Below, one piece after another: positions 42,683 through 54,140 of a stretch of DNA of 64,000 nt; the stretch's first letter is position 1; each line of letters starts with the position of its first letter. This stretch comes from the human T2T-CHM13v2.0 reference genome, Homo sapiens. The stretch lies in the NCBI RefSeq assembly GCF_009914755.1, contig NC_060932.1; one strand, 5' to 3'. A program made the position numbers and the translations under genes. Below the pieces are notes generated by a model that was not told the origin of the DNA, searched no databases, and saw only the letters and a program-made list of their open reading frames with translations.

Positions 42683-45329
42683 TTCTGTTTAGTGTTTCCA
42701 TTTTTTCTTCATTCAATCTTGGGAGATTGTGTGTTTCCAGGAATTTATCCACTTCCTCTAGGTTTTCTAGTTTCTTGCATAGAGATGTTCATAATAATCT
42801 TGAGGGTCTTTTTTTAATTTTTATAAGATTGGTTGTAATGTCATCTTTGTTGTTTTCAATTGTGCTTTTTTGGTTCTTCTCTTTTTCCCTCTGTTAATTT
42901 ATCTACTGGTCTACTGATCTTGTTTATCCCTTCAAATAACAAACTTTTGGTTTTGTTAATTCCTTATATGGATTTTTGGATCTCAATTTCATTCAGTTCT
43001 ACTCCAATATTATTTCTTTTCTTCTGCTAACTTTGGGTTTAGTCTGTTCTTGTATTTTTGCTGCCTCTAGGTGTGATGTTAAATTGTTAATTTGAGATCT
43101 TTCTGACTTTCTAAGGTATATATTTAGTGGTATAAGCTTTCCTCTTAACACTGCTTTTGCTACGTCCCAGAGATTTTGGTACATTGCGTCTCCCTATTCA
43201 TTTATTTTAATGAATTTGATAATTCCTGACCTAATTTCATTGTTTACTCAAAAGCCATTCAGGAGCAAATCGTTTAACTTCTAGGTAGTTGTATAATTTT
43301 GAGAGATCTTCTTAGTATTGGTTTCCATTTTATTCCACTGTGGTCCAAGAATATGGTTGGCATTATTTCAGTTTTTTTGAATTTATTGAGATTTGCTTTA
43401 TGACCAAGCATGTGTTTGATCTTGGAGTTTATTGTGTGTGCAAATTAGAAGAATATAATACTGTGGTTGATGGGTGCAGTATTCTTTGGATGTTTATTAG
43501 GACCAGTTGGTCAAGTGTCCAATTTAAATCCAGAATTTGTTTGTTTTCTGCCTTGATGATCTAACTAATACTGTCAGGGGGGTGTTGAAGCCCTCCACTA
43601 TTATTTTGTAGCTGTCTAAGCCTTTTTGTAGGTCTAGAAATACTGATTTTATCAATCTGGATGCTCCAATGTTGGGTACATATATATTTGGGATAGTTAA
43701 GCCTTCTTGTTGAATTGAATACTTTATCATTATGTAACACCCATCTTTGTCTTTTTTACTGTAGTTGGTTCAAAGTCTGTTTTATCTTATGTAGGAATTA
43801 TAAACCTTGCTCTTTGTTTATTTTCTGTTTGCATGGTAGATCTTTCTCTAATGCTTTACTTTGAACCTGTGGGTATCATTACATGTGAGACTGGTCTACT
43901 GAAGACAGTAAGTGGATGAGTCTTTTTTTTTAATCCAACTTGCCAGTCTGTGCCTTTTAAGTGAGGCATTTAAAACATTTACATTGAAGATTAATATTGA
44001 TATGTGAAGTTTTGATCCTGTTGCTAAGTTGTTAGATGGTTATTTACAGTTTTTACTGTGTGGTTGCTTTATAGGATCTGTGGGTTAGGTACTTAAGTGT
44101 GTTTTTGTGGTAGCAGGTATTTTTTGGTTTTGTTTCCAAGTTTAGAATTCTCTTAAGTATCTCTTATAAGGCTGATCTAGTGGTAACAAATTCCCTTAGC
44201 ACATGATTGTATGAAAAAGATTTTATTTCTTAATGATGTTTGTTTTGTGTAGTATCTTGCCAATTTTCTCAGGAATTCTTTTATCTGGATGTTAATCTCT
44301 CTAGCAAGATGAGGAAAATTTTCTTGAATTACTGCCATATGTTTTCCAGCTTGTTTCCTTTTTTTCCTTTTCTCTCTGAAATGCCAATGATTCATAGATT
44401 AGGTAACTTTACATAATCTCATATTTCTTGAAGAGTTTTTTTCACTTTAAAAATTCCTTTTCTTAAATTTTTGTCTGACAGAGTTAGTTCAAAGGAGTGG
44501 TCTTCAAGCTCTGAAATTCTCTCCTCTGCTTGGCCCAGTCTGCTTTCAAGTATATTTTGATATTCCTTAAGTGAGTTTTTTAATTCTAGAAACTGAAATT
44601 GATTGCTTTTTAGGATGTTTAGCTCCTCCTTTATTTCCTGGATCGCTTTAGAAGTTTCTTTGTGTTGATTTTCAACTTTGTCTTGGATCTCTTTGAGCTT
44701 CATTGCAATCCATACTTTGAATTCTCTATCTATCAGTTCTGAGTTTCCATCTTCCTTAGGGACCACTGCTGGAGAGCAAGTGTGATCCTTTGGTGGTGAC
44801 ACAATATTCAGGTTTTTCATGGTGCCAGAATTCTTGTGGAGATTCCCTCTCATCTGGAGATGCTGGCACTTCTAATTTTTGTATGCATTTTTTGGCATGA
44901 TAGATTTTTATTTTTCTTTCTTTCCATACAATATTATTATTTGTTTATTCTTTCCTTTTCCCTTTCTTCCCTCCCTAGAGGGTGTGAACTTAGAAGATGC
45001 TGGGTAGGGTCTTTTGGCTTTGCTTCTATAGCCCTGTGCACTTCTGATGGCAACTTTTATACTGGGCCGTTCAGTTTGACCTATAAGCTAGCAGATGGCA
45101 CTTATAGGGAGGAGCTGGCTTCAGTCAATGTGGCTGGCTATGTACTTTTCCTGGTTTACCAGGAGAAGCTCTCTGTTACCTCAGGCAATGGGCTTATTTG
45201 TGGAGTTCACAGTGATCTTAGCTCCTTGCTCAGTTCTGGAGGAGCAGGGGCCAAGATTAGCAGGTAGGTCTGCCTCCCTGTGCTTCTCCAGTGGCAGGGA
45301 GAAGCACCAGCACTAAGGGAGAAGCCAAT

Positions 45330-45960
45330 GGGTGGCTACCAAGTGCCCAGAGGTGTGCCTAGGCATGGAGCTGGTAAACCTAAGCCCCAAGTTCTCCACT
45401 TGGGGATGAGGGGCATCCCAACTTTTAATCCATGAGAATGGGTGAACCAGATACCTGGAGATATGCCTGGGTGTGTAGCAGAGAGGGCCCCCTTTCACCA
45501 GAATCTCTGCACAGGAAGGGTGGGGCAGTACAGGCTGCTGTTCCAGACAAGTGGCTGCCCTCCATGCCTAAAGATCTGCCTCAGTCTACAGCATAGAGGA
45601 CACCCTGCACCCAGTTCTTTGCTCAAAAAAGGCAGTTTGTCTCGGGCTGCTCAGTTAGGTGAGGTGGTACTCCAGATACCTAGAAATTTGCATGCACATG
45701 GAGCAAAGAAAGACTTGCTGCACCACAATCTAGGTCCAGGAAGGGCAGGGCAGCTCAAGCTGCTAAACTAGGTGAATGGGTGCTCTAAATGCCTGGATAT
45801 CTTCCGGGGCACGGAGTGGAGAGGGCCCCACTGCACCTTGATCTATGTTCATGAAGGGTGAGACAGCTCATGCTGATGATTCAGGCAATCAGGTGCTCTA
45901 AATGCCTGGATATATGCCTGGGGGTGGAGTGGAGATGGCCCCATTTCACCGTGATTTCAG
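45330..45960. repeat. ~113-bp degenerate tandem array in the L1 5'UTR
   Basis: Related unit starts near 45331, 45441, 45553, 45666, 45779 and 45892; ggtgctctaaatgcctggata is identical in the last two units. Confidence 0.75.
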
Positions 45961-47839
45961 GGAAGCAGGCTGGGGCACCCAGCAATGGCATCCACAGACT
46001 GGTTCCAGGTCACTGAACTGGCTCTACCTGCAAGTCTCACTGCCTAGGATAAACTGCAGCTTTAGAAGCTCTCCCCACCCTAGACTTGTCACAAGGAAGA
46101 GCACAATTCCAGCGCCTACTGTTGAGGTGCTTTCCACAGTTCTGGCTGTGGAGGCCACAACCCGGCCCCAGAGCAGGCACTCCAATGTCTGGCCTGAGAC
46201 TCAAATGTCTGTGTGACCATGCTGCCAGGTTACCAAAGAATGGCTGACCAGATCATGCAACCAGATTAAAAATGTTGTCCTCCTCTCAATCCCAGGTCTA
46301 GGAAAATGTCTGAAGCTTTTCCCACTGTCTTTCCCTCATGGCATCTCCAAGCCTCTCCTCAAGTTAGTTTCAGGGTTTGAGAGAAACAAAGTGCTCTCCC
46401 TTGGGTTGCTCAGATCCCTAGTGGAAAGGTGAGTCATATAGGGCAGCTCTCTGCATCTCTCACTTACTGAGGCTTCACTTACTTTTGTCAGGCAGATGCC
46501 ATCATTGGGATTTTTGCCAGCATTCTCTCTGAGATCTTGGATGCTTTTCATTATTTCAGTAGATTCCTGTTTTCCTTCTTGAATTAACACTGAGTTTATC
46601 TTTATGCACTATCTGTCTATTTCCAAATGGCTGAGGCATGGTAAAAGCATATAATCTAGCATCTTTGGAAAAAATGGAAGCAAAATTATGTAAGTTTTGA
46701 ATACCATGTTGTAGGATAATAATATAGATGTATTTTTGCTTAAAGCCAAACTTTTTTATGTTGTGTTGTCATTGTTGTGGGGTTTATTTGTTTACTAAAC
46801 TCTGCAAGAGGTAAAATCAGATTACACTGTAATATTTGCTATATGAGATATTTTCTTCTACTAATTGCAAGCTAAAAATAAGTTAACCAATGGCTCCCTG
46901 TTAGGAAATTAAAAATACAATTTCATATGTTTCTTACGAGGACTAAAGAACCATAAACCTCTTCTTTGCGTATAAGGATGGCAAAGAGCTCAATTTTTTT
47001 CTGAGCAATTTTGTTCCCTTTTCTGAATGGTAAATTTAGTATTATTGAATAATAGACTACAACGATTTAATCTTGAATTATTTTATCAAAGGACACTTAG
47101 GTTATTTTATTTATTTCCAAGAGTATTTCTTGTATTTAGTTTATGTTTGCTTATACGTGATAGAACATATATGAATCTATTCTGGATTACCAATATTGAA
47201 TAACAAAAAGGATGTTTGGCAGATTATAGACAAATATTTTAGAAAGCATATTCTGCTTAAAATTTTATTTTTCATACAGTCACGAGTAATCAACTCATAA
47301 CTAACCTATAACTTAATGTCGATGCCCCAAAGCTAAAGAGAAGGTCCATAGGAAAATAAGAAAATAGATGTAAAAAGAAGTACTTCTAGAGACATGAAAT
47401 TTCAGTACAACAAATAGATAAATCTAAAACTTCCTTTAGAATTATTTTCCATCTATAATTTGACTTATCAGCACCATTTGTTGATATCACACAATAAAAA
47501 AAGACTTCAAAATTCAGAATATAAAATTCTAAACCCTGCCCGATACTAATCAGGAGTAAAAACAAAATAAAATATTTTAAGGCTTTCAAATCTTGAATTT
47601 ACCTCTCATGTTCCTTTTCTGAGGATGGTTCTTAATGATATCATTCGTGATAATGAATCAGAAAACAGAAACAGAAACTAAGAAAGACAAATTGTGCAAT
47701 ATAAGAAGCGAGGAAATTCACCCTGGAAGCTAAAGAAAACAGACTCTAGAATGACAGCGTTTGGTAAACACAGAAAATAATTGGCAGTCTTAGAATAGGA
47801 ATTTAGTGGGCTACAAGACAAACATCTTTGGAGGAATTA

Positions 47840-49460
47840 AATGGACATCAGCAAGATGATTGAATAGGGAGCCCTAGCCTCTCTTTCCTCTAAGGAGAAA
47901 GCAATTCAACAACAATACAGACCATTTCCCTTTGTGAGAAATCCAGAAACCAACTAAAAGGTTCCAGCATCCCAGGCAAACACAAACCCAGCTGCACCAA
48001 TGCCAGTAGGAAGATTCATGGCAAACACTTACCATAGGCCCTCTTCCTCAGTGCAATGCAATTGAGAGAAAACTCCCAGATCTCAGTTTCTCCCTTGGAA
48101 TGGAAAGAGAAGACTGAAACATATGTCCAATGTTGAGACTTTTTCAGGAGCTGCCCAAGGGACTGGTTTATGTCCTGACTAGAAGAACACTGACAGGAAG
48201 GGGTGCCAAGTTGAGAGCTGCTGAGAACAAAGGCAAAAATTTGGACCCTTCACTGGCCATGGTCGCTTCCTCTGGCTCAGTAAATAAAGAGTAGAAGAAA
48301 ACCTCTAACTCCTTGCTTCCTCCTGGAGAGGAAAAGAAATAAAACCAGCAACCAAATTTCTGGCTTTTGGCAGCCTATCTGAGAGGACTAGTTTTTATCT
48401 TGCTATCTCAGAGCCATATATGACAAGCCCATAGCTAACATCTTGCTCAACAGTTAAAAACTGAAAAATTTTCCTCTCAAATCAGGAACAAGGCAAGAAT
48501 GCCCAATCTTGTCACTTCTATTTAACATAGTTCTTGAAGTCCTAGCTAGAGCAAATAAGCAAGACAAAGAAATAAAAGGCATTCAAGTCAGAAAGGAAGA
48601 TGTAAAATGATCTCTATTAGTAGATTACATGGGTACACAAAAAATTCTCAAGATTCCACAAAAAAAAACCTGTTAGAACTAATAAATTCAGCAACATTGC
48701 AGGATCCAAAATTATCACAAAAATTACTTATGTGGCTATACACTAACAATGAAATATCCAAAAAGAAAATTAAGAAAACAATCCTTACAATACTTACAAT
48801 ACTTACAATAGCATCAATAAATATAAAATACTTAGGAATAAACTTAACCAAAGAAGTGAAAGTCTTCTACACTGAAAAACTATAAAACATTACTGAAAGA
48901 AATTAAAGAAGACACAAATAAATGGAAAGACATCCCATGTTCATAGATTAAAAGACAAGATTGTAAAAATGCCCATATTGCCCAAAGAGATCTATAGGTT
49001 CAATGGAATCCCTATCAAAATCTCAGTGGCATTTGTTGCACAAATAAAAAAGCATCCTTAACCTCATATGGAACCATAAGAGAGCCGAACTAACCAAAGT
49101 AAAATTGAGAAAAAATAACAAAAAAAAAAAGCCTCACACTTTGTGACTTCAAAACGTATTACGAAGTTATAGTGATTAAAAATTTGTATATGGGACTGGC
49201 ATTACAGACATATAGACCAGTGTAACAGATTAGAATGGCCACAAATAAATCTACATATATATGATTAACAAGCATGACATCCTTCAACAAGGATGTCAAG
49301 ATGTCATCATTGTTGACATCCTTCAACAAGGATGTCAAGATGGCACTATGGGAAAAGGATAGTCCCTTCAGCAAATGGTGTTGGGAAAGGTGGCCATTCA
49401 CATGCAAAAGATAGAAATTGGACCTTTATCTCACACCAAACACAGAAATCAATTCAAAAT
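47840..49460 (+). mobile_element. Old L1M: 5'UTR start joined directly to the ORF2 RT region, 3' end missing
   Basis: ggacatcagcaagatg 5'-end motif, then from ~48413 gccatatatgacaagcccatagct...ggaaagacatcccatgttca...cagaaatcaattcaaaat. Confidence 0.8.
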
Positions 49461-49476
49461 AGTCTGTGATTTGTCT

Positions 49477-52400
49477 TTTTCTGTTTTGTTTCCTTTTAAA
49501 TTTTTGTGGGTACGTAGCATGTGTATATATTTATGGGGCACATGAGATATTTTGATACAGGCATACAATGCATAGTAATCACATCAGAATAAGTGGCATA
49601 TTCATTACCTCAAATATTTATACTTTATTCGTGTTACAAACAACCCAATTATGCTCTTTTAGTTATTTTTAAATGTACAATAGATTATTGCTAACTGTAG
49701 TCATCCTGTTGTTTTATCAAATACTAGATCATATTTATTCTATTTTTTGTACACGTTAATCATCCTTTATGCTTCACCCCTACCCAAAACCCTTCCCAGC
49801 CTCTCATAATCATCCTTCTACTTTCTATCTACATAAATTCAATTGTTTTCATTTTTAGCCTCCACAAATAAGTGAGAACAGGCAAAGTTTGTCTTTCTGT
49901 GTCTGGCTTATTTCACTTAACATAATGACATCCAGTTCCATCCATGTTGTTAAAAATGACAGAAATAACAGTCTTTTTTTTTTTTGCGTCTGAATAGTAC
50001 TTCATTGTGTATATGTACCACATTTTCTTTATCCACTTATCTGTTGATAGACAGTTACATTGCTTCCAAATCTTGGGTATTGGAATACTGCTGCAATAAA
50101 TGGGAGTGCAGATACATCTTATATCTTTGATATACTAATTTCCTTTCTTTTGAGTATATACCTAGTAGTGGGACTGCTGGATTCTATGGTAGTTCTATTT
50201 TTAGTTTTTTGAGAAACCTCCAAACTGTACTCCATAGTAGTCATACTAATATACATTTCCACCAACAGTGTACAAAGGTTCCTTTTTCTCCATATCCTTG
50301 CCAGCATTTGTTATTGACTATATTTTGGATACAAGCTATTTTAATTGGGGTGAGGCAATATCTCACTGTAGTTTTTATTTGCATTTCTCTGATGATCATT
50401 GATGCGGAGCACCTCTTCATACATCTATTTGCCATTTATATGTCTTCATTTGAGAAATGTCTTTTCAGATATTTTGACCATTGTTTAATTGTATTATTAG
50501 ATATTTTCTTAGAGTTATTTCAGTTCCTTATATATTCTGGTTATTAATCCATTGTCTTATCAATAGTTGCAAATATTTTCTCCCATTCTGAAAATTGTCT
50601 CTTCACTTTGTTGATGGTTTCCTTTGCTGTGCAGAAGCTTTTTAACTTGATGTGATCCCATTTGTCCGCATTTGCTTTGGTTGCCTGTGCTTGTGGAGTA
50701 TTACTCAAGGAATCTTTGCCCAGTACAATGTCCTGAAGAGTTTCCCCAAGGTTTTTTTTTTTTAGTAGTTACATAGTTTGAGATTTTATATTTAAGTCTT
50801 TAAGTCATTTTGATTTAATTTTTGTATACAGTGAGAGATAGAGGTGTAGTTTCATTCTTGTGCATATAGGTATTTTGTTTTCCCAGCACCATTTATTGAA
50901 GAGACTGTCTTTTCCCCAATGTATGTCTTGGCACCTTGTTAAAAATGAGCTCACTGTAGGTGTGTGGTTTTATTTCTGGGTTCTGTATTCTGTTCCATTG
51001 GTCTATGTGTCTGTTTTCATGCCAGTGTCATGCTGTTTTGGTTACTATAGCTCTGTAGTGTAATTTAAAGTAAGGTAATGTGATTCCTCCAGTTTTGTTA
51101 TTTTTGCTCAGGATAGCTTTGGCTATGCTAGATCCTTTGTGATTCCATATAAATTTTAAGGTTGTTTTTTCTATATCTGTGAAAAATATCATTGGCATTT
51201 TGACAGGGATTGCATTCAATCTATAGATTGCTTTGGGTGGTATGGGGATTTTAACAATATTTATTCTTCCATTCCATGAACATGGAATATCTTTCAATGT
51301 TTTTGTCCTCTTTAATTTCTTTTGTCAGTGTTTATAGTTTTCATTGTAGAGAACTTTCACTTCTTTGGTTAATTCCTAGAAATTTAATTGTATTTGTGGC
51401 TACTGCAAATGGAGTTACTTTCTTGATCTCTTTTACATATTCTATACTCTTGACATATAGAAATACTACTGATTTTTGTATATTGATACTGTATCCTGCA
51501 ACTTTACTGAATGTATCAGTTCTAATAGTTTTTTGGTGGAGCCTTTTGGATTTTCCAAATACAAGATCATATCTGCAAAGAGGGATAATTTGACTTCTTC
51601 CTTTCTAACTTATATGCTCTTTCTTTCTTTGTCTTGTCTGATTGCTCTAGCTAGGACTTCCAGTGCTATGTGGAATGCTGTTGAACGTGAGCATCTGTGT
51701 CATTTTCCAGATTTTAGAGAAAAGGCTTTCAGTTTCTCTATTCAGTATGATACTAACTGTGGGTATGTCACATATGGCATTTATCATGTTATGTTCCTTC
51801 CATACCCAGGTTTTTGATGGTTTTTTTCAATAAGTGATGTTGAACTTTATCAAATGCTTTTTCGACATCAATTGAAATGATCATATGGTTTTTATCCTTC
51901 ATTCTGTTGATATGATCTATCACATTGATTTGCATATGATGAGCCATCTTTGCATCCCTGGGATAAATTCTGCTTGATCATGATGAATGACCTTTTTAAT
52001 GTATTGTGGAATTCAGTTTGCTAGTAATTTTTTGAGTATTTTTGCATCAATATTTATCAGAGATATTGGCCTGTCATTTTTTTATGTGTCATTGGTTTTG
52101 GTATCAGGGTAATACAAGCCTTATAGAATGAGTTTGGAGATATTCTGTCCTCCTCTATTTTTTGGAACAATTTGAGTAGAATTGGTATTCGTTCCTCTGT
52201 AAAAGTGTGGCAGAATTAAGCAGTCCATTGGGTTCTGGGATCTTATTTACTGAGAGACTTTTTATTGCAGCTTCAATCTCATTGCTTGTCATTCATCTGT
52301 TCAAATTTTGGATTTCCTCATGGTTCAACCTTGCTAGATTTTATGTGTCTAGGAATTTGTCCATTTCTTCTAGATTTCTTAATTTGTTGGCATATAGTTT

Positions 52401-54140
52401 TTCATAGTAGCCACTAATGACCCTTTGAATTTCTACAGTATCAATTGTAATATCTCCTTTTTCATCTCAGATTTTATTTACTTAGGTGCTTTCTTTTTTC
52501 TTATTCTGTCTAATGTTTGTCAAGTTTATATTTTCAAAAAACCAACTTTTTGTTTTATTGATCTTTTATATTGTTTGCATTTCAAATTCACTTATTTCTG
52601 CTCTGATTCTTATTTCTTCTCTTCTCCTAATTTGGGATTTGGTTTGTTCTTGCTTTTCTTGTTCCTTAAGATGCATTGTTAGGTTGTTTATTTGAAGTTT
52701 TTCTTCTTTTTTGATGTAGGCACTTATAGCTATAAATTTTCCTCCGAGTGCTGCTTTTGCTATATCTCATAGATTTCAGTAGTTCTGTTTCCACTAAAAT
52801 TTGTTTCAAAAATTTTTTCACTTTCCTTCTTAATTTCTTCATTGACCACTGGTCATTAAGAAGCATATTGTTTAATCTGCATGTGCTTGTATAGTTTCAA
52901 AAATTCCTCTTGATATTGATTTCTAGTTTTATTCCATTATGGTCAGAGAAGATGTTTGATATTATTTCAAAATTTTGAATGTTTTAAGTCTTGTTTTGTC
53001 ACCTGATATATGGTCTATCCTTGAGACTGACCCTTATGCTGAGGAGAAGAATATGTATTCCATAGCCACTGGATGAAATGTTCTGTAAATTGGTATTAGG
53101 TTCATTTATCCTACAGTGCAGAGTAAGCCCAATATTTCCTTATTGATTTTCTGTCCGGAAGATCTCTCCAAAGATGAAAGTGGGTTGTTAAAGTCTCCAG
53201 CTCTTATTATATTGGGGTCTATCTCTCTGTGTGTCTCTAATAATATTTGCTCTACATGTTGGGATGCTGTAGTGTTGGGAGCATATATATTTATAACCAT
53301 TGTATCGTCTTGCTGAATTTACCTCTTTATCATTACATAATGACCTTCTTTGTCTTCTCTTATTGTCTTTGTCTTGAAATCTATTTTGTCTAAATATAGC
53401 TACTCCTGCTCTTTTCTGTTTTCCATTGTCATGGAATATATTTTTCTATCCCTTTATTTTCAGTCTATGTGTGTCTTTGTAAGTGAAGTGTGTTTCTGGT
53501 AGGCAACAAACCGTTGAGTCTTATCATTTTTATTTAATCCATTCAGCCAGTCTATGTCTTCTGATTGGAGAGTTTAATCTATTTGTGTTCAATGTTATTA
53601 TTGATAAGTAATGACTAACTTCTGCATTTTATTTGTTTTCTGGGTTTTCTTTTGTAGTTTTATCTTCCTTCATTCCTTCCTTCCTGTCTTATTTTTGGTG
53701 AAGGTGAGTTTGTCAGATAGTATGTTTTAATTGCTTGTTTTATTTTTTGTGTATACGTTGTATGTTTTTTGGTTTGAGGTTACCATGAGGTTTGCAAATA
53801 ATACCTTATAACCCGTTATTTTAAACTAATAACAACTGAACTTTAATTGTATAAACAAAGAAACCAACAAAGAAGCAAAAGAAAAACTAATAAAAACTTC
53901 ACACTTTATCTTCCCACTTTTAAACTTTCTGTTGTTTCTATTTATATCTTATTGTACTGTCTATGTCTTAAAAAGTTGTTGTAGTTATTATTTTTGATTG
54001 GTTCCCCTTTTATCTTTCTAGTCAAGATATGACTAGTTTATGATGTTATAATATTCTGTTTTTCTGTGTATTTACTATTACCAGTGAACTCTGAAACTTC
54101 AGATAATTACTTATTGCTCATTAACATTCTTTTCTTTCAG
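49477..54140 (-). mobile_element. L1MA1-3-like LINE-1 (3'UTR, ORF2 and inter-ORF region), 5'-truncated
   Basis: aatttttgtgggtac...tgttacaaacaacccaattatgctcttttagttatt 3'UTR; ORF2 fragments [15 protein letters not shown] and INIYAPNT; homology ends at attgctcattaacattcttttctttcag. Confidence 0.92.

Larger units (their letters stand above)
39540..46670 (-). mobile_element. Near full-length, decayed L1PA16-like LINE-1
   Basis: 3'UTR ttagattcagggggtacatgtgc; ORF2 fragments ([41 protein letters not shown]); ORF1 coiled coil at 44419-44853; long 5'UTR; candidate TSD ggagcaaatt / gaagcaaaatt. Confidence 0.92.

Noticed and set aside
48784-48810. (cttacaata)x3 repeat
   Set aside because: Ordinary slippage inside a dead L1
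49275-49342. CRISPR-like palindromic direct repeats
   Set aside because: Only two copies with a 10-bp spacer, partly L1-derived, in human DNA with no cas genes
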